Made by a program: the position numbers and the translations under genes. The notes beneath the pieces were generated by a model. That model was not told where the DNA came from. It searched no databases and saw nothing but the letters and a program-made list of their open reading frames with translations. Source: an uncultured Gemmatimonadales bacterium (GTDB taxonomy: Bacteria > Gemmatimonadota > Gemmatimonadetes > Gemmatimonadales > GWC2-71-9). Taken from it: 64,000 bases of DNA. Of the stretch, positions 57,129 through 64,000 are shown piece by piece (the stretch's first letter is position 1; each line of letters begins with the position of its first letter). The DNA is taken from positions 224,264 through 288,263 of the forward strand of contig CAWGVP010000003.1 of assembly GCA_963826065.1 (NCBI GenBank). Direction: 5' to 3'.

Positions 57129-57566
57129 CTACCGCCCGATGTCCTCGTTCCAGAGTTCCGGATGCTCGCGCACGAAGCCCGCCAGCAGGGCCGTGCAGCT
57201 GGGGTCATCGAGGACTTCCACCCGCACCCCGCGTGAGCGCAGCAGCTCCTCCTCGCCCCGAAAGGTGCTGTTTTCCCCAATGACGACCCGCCGAATACCG
57301 TAGAGAAGGATCGCCCCACTACACATTGCACAGGGGGAAAGCGTCGTGTACAGAGTGCTCGCCCGATACACAGGGGCCCCCAGCCGGCCGGCGCGCTCCA
57401 GCGCATCCATTTCGGCATGCAGAACGACGCTGCCATGCTGGACACGCCGATTGTGGCCCCGTCCGAGGACCCGACCAGAATGGATGAGGACCGAGCCGAT
57501 CGGGATGCCGCCCTCCGCGAGACCCTGCCTGGCTTCCTCCAATGCCACCTGGAGAAACTCATCCAT
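57129..57566 (-). CDS. Cytosine/nucleoside deaminase (Fcy1-like)
   Basis: HAE…LSPCAMC, VVIGEN, WNEDIG. Confidence 0.9.
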   Translation of the reverse strand: MDEFLQVALEEARQGLAEGGIPIGSVLIHSGRVLGRGHNRRVQHGSVVLHAEMDALERAGRLGAPVYRASTLYTTLSPCAMCSGAILLYGIRRVVIGENSTFRGEEELLRSRGVRVEVLDDPSCTALLAGFVREHPELWNEDIGR

Positions 57567-57600
57567 GAAGAAGTCCTGTTTGGGTCAGCCTGACTCTTCA

Positions 57601-57626
57601 GTAGGCTGCACTGCTGTGCAGCCTAC
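57601..57626. repeat. Perfect GTAG-tagged hairpin (REP-like)
   Basis: GTAGGCTGCAC-TGCT-GTGCAGCCTAC, 11-bp stem, no U-tract. Confidence 0.5.
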
Positions 57627-57752
57627 GTCCGGCGCGGGCAGAACTCTGAGAGTCGAGCAGGCGTCCCAATGCCTGGCAATAACCGCTGGGTCGACAGGCG
57701 AATTCGCGACTGCCGCGAACCCGCCGCCACCCGCCGATCTGCGACACGCTCG

Positions 57753-58778
57753 TCACACCCCACCCCCCACCCGCCGGCACTCCTCCGCCCCCCGCTCCCT
57801 CGCCACCCCCAACAACACCTCCCACGCCTCTCGGATCTCCGCCCGCGCCCACGTCGCCTCGTCGTATCGCCAGTTGATGAATGCGCAGCTCGCCGGATGG
57901 CGCACCGCCATCGTTCCCAGCCGCACCAGGTCCGCGGCGGTGCAGGGACTCGTGCCCACCCCGTAGCAGTCATTCACGTTGACGCCCATCGCCACCCGCA
58001 GCCCGAGCCGCTGCGCGATCGCCGCCGCCCGGTCGAAATACGCCTTCGGGTCGCCCTTCCGGGTGTGGTACTGCGCCCAGGTGTAGTCGATGAGCGGCGC
58101 GAGCGGAGGGTACGCCTCCACCCAGTCGGGCGTTACCCGCACGCCGAGCGGGACGCCCGGCAGCCTGGTGCGCGTGTACGCCGCCCACTGGGCGATCCGG
58201 ACCTGGGTGATCGCCTTCCCACCCCAGCACTCCTCGCAGCCGTAATCATCGCCGAGGTTGAGGCCGAGGATGGTCGCGCGGTACTTCCGGAGCGTGTCGG
58301 CCGGCAGGACGGCGGCGTAGCGGTCGGTCAGACGCAGGGCGCTGTCCACCGAGAACACGCCGCGCGGCGTGCCGTCCTCGGTGAGCAGGCGGCGGGGCGG
58401 AACCAGCACCAGCTGGATGCCGCACCGGGCGGCGAGCTGAATCCTGCCCAGCAGCGCCCGCGGGTCCACCTGCTGGATCGTGGCCGACACGGGTCCCGCA
58501 CAATAGGACCCGGTGGGCCAGGCGCTGAGGCCGACGGCGAAGCCCGGCGGCTTCTTCGCCGCGGCGCGCACGCTGTCTACCACACGGGCGCTGTCGAGCC
58601 CGCGGGCGGTGTCGTACACCACGCGCGGGACCAGGATGACCGTCGGGTTGTAGGTGGTGTGGCCGAAGATGGTGTAGTCGCCGAGGGCGAGGGTCCAGGG
58701 CGCCGGGTTGGGCGCCTGGGCGGCGCCGCCGCTCGCGAGACCGAGCAGCAGGAGCAGCACGGAGCTGGTGCGGGACAT
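57753..58778 (-). CDS. Secreted hypothetical protein, possible glycoside-hydrolase-like TIM barrel
   Basis: GGAGG RBS, signal peptide, ILGLNLGDD, YTWAQY, MGVNV, FINWRYD. Confidence 0.6.
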   Translation of the reverse strand: MSRTSSVLLLLLGLASGGAAQAPNPAPWTLALGDYTIFGHTTYNPTVILVPRVVYDTARGLDSARVVDSVRAAAKKPPGFAVGLSAWPTGSYCAGPVSATIQQVDPRALLGRIQLAARCGIQLVLVPPRRLLTEDGTPRGVFSVDSALRLTDRYAAVLPADTLRKYRATILGLNLGDDYGCEECWGGKAITQVRIAQWAAYTRTRLPGVPLGVRVTPDWVEAYPPLAPLIDYTWAQYHTRKGDPKAYFDRAAAIAQRLGLRVAMGVNVNDCYGVGTSPCTAADLVRLGTMAVRHPASCAFINWRYDEATWARAEIREAWEVLLGVARERGAEECRRVGGGV

Positions 58779-58849
58779 GGCTGTGCCTCCGGGTGGAGCG
58801 CGTGTGTCGTCCGCAAAGATCGGTTGTGCTCGCGAGCGACGCGCTCACT

Positions 58850-58865
58850 TGCATCGGCCGTGCCA
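58850..58865 (-). promoter_or_regulatory. Sigma54 promoter
   Basis: Minus strand TGGCACG-GCCG-ATGCA about 70 nt upstream of the ATG at 58778. Confidence 0.65.
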
Positions 58866-59041
58866 GGTCGTGCCGCCTCGTGGCGCCTTGCGCACAGTCT
58901 CCCTCACATGGTTCATGCGTCCACTTCCGTGAACGCTCACCTGTGTTCAATGTCTCCCGCGAGCGTCAGCCGGAAATTTCTTCCGCGTCGCGCATCGATG
59001 GGCAATCGGTTGCACGTCTGACGCCGCGGGCCGTCGTCCGG

Positions 59042-59341
59042 TCAGACCTCCCAGCCTCGAAGCACGGTCCAGACGTCGCGGGACAACGTGATCCCCTGAG
59101 GAAAGCGAGCGGCGAAGTCCTCCCTGAGCGCGGGTGCATGGCTCGCGAGGTACCGCTCGAGATCCTGGCTGCTCGAGGCTTCGTAGCGCATGCGGTACCG
59201 GCCCCCGTCAGCTAGCATGAATGCCGCCCGCTGAAAACAGCCGGTGGCCAGGACGGCCGGGATGTGGTCTTCGCGCATGAAGTGCTCGTAGTCCTGGACG
59301 AGATCCGGGGCGACGAGCGCCGTCACTTCATAGGTGACCAT
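59042..59341 (-). CDS. DUF4286 family protein
   Basis: YEVT…HIPAVLATGCF…LERYL..HAPALR. Confidence 0.8.
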   Translation of the reverse strand: MVTYEVTALVAPDLVQDYEHFMREDHIPAVLATGCFQRAAFMLADGGRYRMRYEASSSQDLERYLASHAPALREDFAARFPQGITLSRDVWTVLRGWEV

Positions 59342-59354
59342 ATGGGGCTCGAGG

Positions 59355-61055
59355 TTATGTCGGCGTCGCGAAATACTTCCGTCGCTTCGACTTGTAGCTG
59401 GCGGGATTGAAGTGTGAAGGGAGCCAGTCAGCGGTCTTCTCTTTCAGGTAGCCGGCCTCCGGGTCGGAGCGACCCTCGTCGGTGAGTATCCGAACGATGT
59501 AACGGGCGTAGTGGTGGTCGAAAACCCGCATGAACTCGCCGAAGTAGATGTCCGCTACGCGCTTATCTCCCCGGACGACGAGCATGTTCTCGTCGTTTAT
59601 GCGCTGGGATGGCTTGCTGAAGTTGGCTGAGCCGGTGACAACGAGTGGATCGTCACCCAGCGGATCCACGAGCATGAACTTGTTGTGGATATACCGGTTG
59701 CGATTCAGCGGGTTAGAGCGCTCCCGTAAAAAATTGGCCAGGGCCCCCTCGCCCAGATAGGACCCTGCGGCGAAGATTACATCGCGATCATGGCCAACCG
59801 ACTCCTCCACGCCCAGCGGATCGTCCTTCACCACGTACCGTAGCACGTTGTTATCCCGGCCCAGTACCTCCTGGAACACCTCGTCGATGTTGAAGGCAAA
59901 GGTCATACAGGAAATCTCCCTGGCCTCGCCCAGACGGTCGGCGTACCACTGGAGTGTCTCATTGCTTTCTTTGCCGTCGCGGGCCGAGAAGATCGGGCTG
60001 GCGGAGTTCTTGGGCGGCTTGCCGGCGGGGGTCGGCGTGGCAGTCTTGTTGGGAGCGCGCAGCTTGGTGGGCGTGAGATTGTCCGCCAGTCGCTGCCAGT
60101 AATCGAGGTACTTCGCGGCGACGTCCTTGTCCCACACAGTGTGGCCGACGTTGGAATGGCCAAAGATGCCGCCGCCGGAGATATTCGTGGATCCCGTCCA
60201 GACTGCAAGAGGCTTACCTGCCTTCAGCAGGACAATGAATTTGTTGTGGCGAATGCCTTCGCTGACGGTCCGCGGGATGACCGCATCGTATTCGTCGAGC
60301 CTCGCGGTTCTGATGGTCGCCTCGTTGCTCGCCTTATAGGTACTCTCCGCGTCGTACACGATCTTCACGTCCGCTCCGGCCTCGATCGCCTTAACGAAGG
60401 CGTTCGCTACAGGCTGGTACTCAAACTCGTAGAGGGCAGCGCGGAGCCCCATTCCGTCCTTCGCCAGCGCGATGAAACTCACGAGCGCTTCGAATAGCCC
60501 GCGAGAGAGCCACTTCATCTCCTTCGACCGGGGGTTGTCGGCGTCCGGCGCACGATTGCCGAACTCCCGGGCGTAGGCCTGCGAGCCGATGACGCCGCGA
60601 TTGAAGAACACGTCGTGCCGGATCGTGTCGCTGTTCTCGTCGGGCGGCTGACCGGCCTCGATCTCCGCGGTGATGTCGAGAGTGACTGCCGCGGCGTCGT
60701 CGAGTGTCGGGTGCTTCACCGTCCCGTAGAGGGGAACTATCCGAAACAAATACCGGGTGCCGGCCTTGGCGGTGTAATCGGCCCACAGGAAGCTTTGGAT
60801 CGGATGCTCGGCGGTCGAGACCAGGGTGCCGGGTGGGAGTCCCTTGTCCTTGTCCTTGAAACGTTTGATCGCACGCATCCAGTACCGCTCTACCGGCTTC
60901 CCCGCCCGGTCAAGCTCCGTTCGCTCGATGGCGTAACCCAGGAGGTCCGCCCGTGCAGGCTTCTTGCCGTTCAACGTATCCCATGCCAGAACCACCACAT
61001 ACGTTCCCGCGTAGCCCGCGGCTCTCAACTCTGTACCCTTCGCCGTCGCTCGCAT
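59355..61055 (-). CDS. Phospholipase D-like domain protein (two HxK motifs)
   Basis: HNKFIV…WTGSTN and HNKFMLVD…TGSANFS…NDEN. Confidence 0.88.
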   Translation of the reverse strand: MRATAKGTELRAAGYAGTYVVVLAWDTLNGKKPARADLLGYAIERTELDRAGKPVERYWMRAIKRFKDKDKGLPPGTLVSTAEHPIQSFLWADYTAKAGTRYLFRIVPLYGTVKHPTLDDAAAVTLDITAEIEAGQPPDENSDTIRHDVFFNRGVIGSQAYAREFGNRAPDADNPRSKEMKWLSRGLFEALVSFIALAKDGMGLRAALYEFEYQPVANAFVKAIEAGADVKIVYDAESTYKASNEATIRTARLDEYDAVIPRTVSEGIRHNKFIVLLKAGKPLAVWTGSTNISGGGIFGHSNVGHTVWDKDVAAKYLDYWQRLADNLTPTKLRAPNKTATPTPAGKPPKNSASPIFSARDGKESNETLQWYADRLGEAREISCMTFAFNIDEVFQEVLGRDNNVLRYVVKDDPLGVEESVGHDRDVIFAAGSYLGEGALANFLRERSNPLNRNRYIHNKFMLVDPLGDDPLVVTGSANFSKPSQRINDENMLVVRGDKRVADIYFGEFMRVFDHHYARYIVRILTDEGRSDPEAGYLKEKTADWLPSHFNPASYKSKRRKYFATPT

Positions 61056-61286
61056 GAGACCTCCGCCTATCGCCGATGCAGCATCAGATGGGTGTGAAGC
61101 AATCGCTCAATGTCCATCCGGCGCATCAAACCTGAAAGGCTCTGTTTGCGACAATGAGGGGCGGTTTTGCGACAGCGCCAACGCAAGGCGAGAAGCCGCG
61201 TGCCTGACTACAGGCCCGGCACGGTGTCCGACTGCACGATGCTCCATGTGCCCAGCGGGTCAGGGTGGTACCGAAACGTTGGCAGG

Positions 61287-61887
61287 TCAGTCACGGCGCG
61301 CGCCTGACTCCGACTGGGTCAGCGCCCGCTCGATGCGACGGTCGGGAATCAGCCACATGAGAGCGCCCGCCAGGTAGAGGAGAATCGAGATCACGGGGTG
61401 GAGAAAGGCGGCGACGATCGCGAGGGTATAGAACAACGGCGAGATCTTGCCCTTGAAGTCGGACCCCAGCGCAACAGCCAGCAGGGACCCTGGCCCTTCG
61501 GTGCGGAGGATCAGCCGCTGCAATATCAGGTACGCGATGGCGGCCATCAGAAGCACCACTCCGTAAAGCGCGGTGGGAGCCGCGTCGAGATGATTCTCGC
61601 CCATCCACGCGGTCACGAACGGAACCAGGGACAGCCAGAACAGCAGGTAGAGGTTGGCCCACAGCATCGCCCCCGTCACCCGGCTGGTGCAGTGCAGCAG
61701 ATGGTGATGGTTGTTCCAGTAGATCCCCAGGTAGACGAAGCTGAGGGCGTAGCTGAGAAAGACGGGCAGCAGCGGGCGCAAGGGCGGCCAGGTCGGTCTG
61801 GTGAGGCGGTCGCAGCTCGAGCACCATGATGGTGATGATGATCGCGAACACCGCGTCGCTGAACGCCTCCACTCGAGTCTTGCCCAT
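61287..61887 (-). pseudogene. TMEM175 (DUF1211) K+ channel family gene with +1 frameshift (real or sequencing error)
   Basis: RVEAFSDAVFAIIITIMVLEL in one frame and RPLLPVFLSY…YWNNHHH in another; one extra base at about 61780-61784. Confidence 0.85.
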
Positions 61888-61969
61888 CGGTCCTCCCCCT
61901 CGTCAGCCGATTGCGCCATAATATGAGTCCGGTCGGGCGCTCGAAGCAAAGACACGCAGAGGGGAACGC

Positions 61970-62899
61970 ATGGACAAGCCTCGCATCTTCATCGGCTCGT
62001 CGGGGAAACAGGCTAAGCTGCTCCAGGCGCTGACCCGCGGCCTCCAGGACGTCGCGCATGTGGAGCCGTGGACTACCTCCCTGACTCCCGGCACCAGTAC
62101 GCTGGAGCGGCTGGTCGAGCTCGCCCACAAGGTGGACTTCGCCGCCTTCGTCTTCGCCCGTGACGACTGGACGACGGCCAGCCCGGCGGCCTCGACGCCC
62201 TCGGATACCGGACAGGATTCCCCTCGAGACAATGTCGTCTTCGAGGCGGGCCTGTTCGGCGGGGTGCTCGGCATGCGCCGCACCTTCATCCTCCACGCCC
62301 ACGGCTCCAAGCTGCCGACCGATCTCCTCGGGCTCATCTGCATCCGCTATGGCGACGCGTCGACACCCGCCGAGATGAAGGTGCTCAATCAGAAGCTCCG
62401 GCAGGCGATCGAGAGCGAGGGACGCCTCGTGCGCATCGAAGGCCACTGGTGGCAGTTCTCCCTGACGGCCTTGGGCCCGCGGGAGCCTTCGGCCGTGAGC
62501 CTCCTGCGCGTCTCGCGAGACCGCGACGGCGCGCTGGAGGTGAGCGGCCGGGCCTGGCAGGAGGACGGCGGCATCTCGGCGAGGTACTGGAGTGAGGCGA
62601 CGAAGGAGCGGCGGGAGCCTGCGGGCGTCTTCTATTGCTGGAAGGGAGAACGGCCCCGGGACCCGAACGCGCCGCAGCTGGAGGGCACCGGAGAGATCCG
62701 GACGGAGTCCGCCGATCGCGCGTCCGGCTACTGGATCACTCGGGCGAGCAACGATCCGGAGCTGAACGTGCGGACGGCCGGGGTGTACTGGCGGGCCGAG
62801 CCGGAGGACGTGGCGGTGATGGACGGACCCGACGATCGGAAGCGGGCCGAGATGCTCTCGGCGCGGCTGGAGCGCTGGAAGGCGATCGCCAGCGGGTAA
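61970..62899 (+). CDS. TIR-like (Cap12/Pycsar-type) domain fused to a beta-rich C-terminal domain
   Basis: PRIFIGSS, W, DFAAFVF..DD, PRDNVVFEAGLF, LPTDLLG; C-terminus of alternating beta strands. Confidence 0.85.
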   Translation: MDKPRIFIGSSGKQAKLLQALTRGLQDVAHVEPWTTSLTPGTSTLERLVELAHKVDFAAFVFARDDWTTASPAASTPSDTGQDSPRDNVVFEAGLFGGVLGMRRTFILHAHGSKLPTDLLGLICIRYGDASTPAEMKVLNQKLRQAIESEGRLVRIEGHWWQFSLTALGPREPSAVSLLRVSRDRDGALEVSGRAWQEDGGISARYWSEATKERREPAGVFYCWKGERPRDPNAPQLEGTGEIRTESADRASGYWITRASNDPELNVRTAGVYWRAEPEDVAVMDGPDDRKRAEMLSARLERWKAIASG

Positions 62900-62916
62900 C
62901 CTCCGCTACTTGGCTC

Positions 62917-63861
62917 CTACTGTGCTCTGGCGACGATCGGGCTCGGGAGAACGCTGCCGTCCAGGAAGCTGAACGTGGGGAACAGCGTCAGCGTTGCCCC
63001 TATCAGCGAGCCCCTGGCCTCGAACCGAAGCACCGAGCTCGGCGGCTCGTCGTCGGTGATGTGGACGAAGCCGTTCGCCTGCGTCAGCATCAGGTTGGTG
63101 GCCTCGAGCGACCTGCCGCCGACCGTGTCCCCCTCCACAATCACGACGTCATCGTAGAGCGCCGCCCACGCGCCGCCGGCGGACGACAGCGTGAACGACC
63201 GGTGAAAGCACCGGCTCGGCACTTCCGTATCGCAATGGTCGGGTTCCAGCCCGGCGAACGCCGTCCCGACGTAGCGGCCCGCGGGCGCCGGACTCACCGG
63301 CGGGCGGCCGCTGATGGTGAGGATGAACACCGAGGGCTCCAGCCGCAGGTATTCGGTCCGATCGGGCAGACCGCTGCTGCCAAAGGTGGGCATGCGCAGG
63401 GTGAGCGCGCCATCGACCAGCGTGCCCGCGAGCGGCAGAATGAACAGCTCTTCGGCGGTGAAGGGCTCGGTCACCGTGCTGAAATCGTACTCGATGGTGC
63501 TGTTGCGGATGCGCGCTGGAACGCGCACCTGCCAGGTGTCGGTAACCCCGTCTTCCAATGTGACGTCGGCGGCAAGCACCAGCTCGGGGATCGATCCCGC
63601 GCTGTCGAGCTGTGCCGTAAGGCTCCTGAGCCCGACGTCGCACTCCCTCTGCTCCACCGGGACGCCATCCTCGTACCGCGACGTCGAGGCGAAGCATGCG
63701 ATCCGGCTCGTGCTGCCGTCGTCGGCCGCGACGAGCTGGTATTGCCTGGGCTCATCGTCGGACGGCTCGGTGCCGCAGCCGGCGGCGTGCAGAAGCACGA
63801 TGAGGCTCGCGACGGGCCACCGGAGTCGGGTTGCCGGCTTGGGCTCGGCGGCTGTAGTCAT
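62917..63861 (-). CDS. Hypothetical lipoprotein
   Basis: Signal peptide ending AAGC; beta-rich body. Confidence 0.6.
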   Translation of the reverse strand: MTTAAEPKPATRLRWPVASLIVLLHAAGCGTEPSDDEPRQYQLVAADDGSTSRIACFASTSRYEDGVPVEQRECDVGLRSLTAQLDSAGSIPELVLAADVTLEDGVTDTWQVRVPARIRNSTIEYDFSTVTEPFTAEELFILPLAGTLVDGALTLRMPTFGSSGLPDRTEYLRLEPSVFILTISGRPPVSPAPAGRYVGTAFAGLEPDHCDTEVPSRCFHRSFTLSSAGGAWAALYDDVVIVEGDTVGGRSLEATNLMLTQANGFVHITDDEPPSSVLRFEARGSLIGATLTLFPTFSFLDGSVLPSPIVARAQ

Positions 63862-63998
63862 CTGGTCGCTTCCATCCGCGCCCGCAGCACCGCTTCCCAG
63901 TTCGACGCCACGATCAGGGCGCCGGTGGATTCCCCCTTGAGAAAGACGAAGTGCTTGCCGTCGGGCATGACGTCGTAGTTCGCATGCGGGTTGCCGGC
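63858..63998 (-). CDS. C-terminus of a PD40/TolB-like propeller protein (probably a Ser/Thr kinase), partial
   Basis: …NYDVMPDGKHFVF…LIVASNW… ending in TGA that overlaps the next ATG. Confidence 0.6.
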   Translation of the reverse strand, partial: AGNPHANYDVMPDGKHFVFLKGESTGALIVASNWEAVLRARMEATR

Positions 63999-64000
63999 GA

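Overview
High-GC bacterial chromosomal DNA with about 65 densely packed genes. The gene families (TPR and PD40-type Ser/Thr kinases, a minor-pilin cluster, several lineage-typical hypotheticals) suggest Gemmatimonadota; this is inference only. No rRNA, tRNA, CRISPR array, integrase or transposase was found. Recognisable modules: a cobalamin riboswitch ahead of btuF-btuB-btuF-like genes; a coupled operon of DUF883-like, holin-like, DUF3618, dynamin-like and YihY genes; a cyanophycin cluster (iadA-cphB-cphA) followed by a CphA paralogue that lacks the whole ATP-grasp domain; a PAS-GGDEF-EAL plus MCP operon behind a sigma54-like promoter; an ArsR-SRPBCC pair with a perfect 24-bp palindrome; a type IV minor pilin cluster whose first gene is frameshifted; and a heterogeneous accessory region (about 53-64 kb) ending in PLD, a frameshifted TMEM175 gene and an orphan TIR (Cap12-type) plus beta-barrel fusion. 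Non-coding structure includes five GTCATCC...GGATGAC palindromic repeats, a ~150-nt rod-like hairpin and a G-quadruplex motif. Best candidates for something undescribed: the ATP-grasp-less CphA paralogue, the orphan TIR-beta-barrel protein and its neighbours, the dynamin-containing operon, and a TonB-like protein with a non-TonB C-terminus. All family calls come from motifs recognised by eye; no database searches were run.
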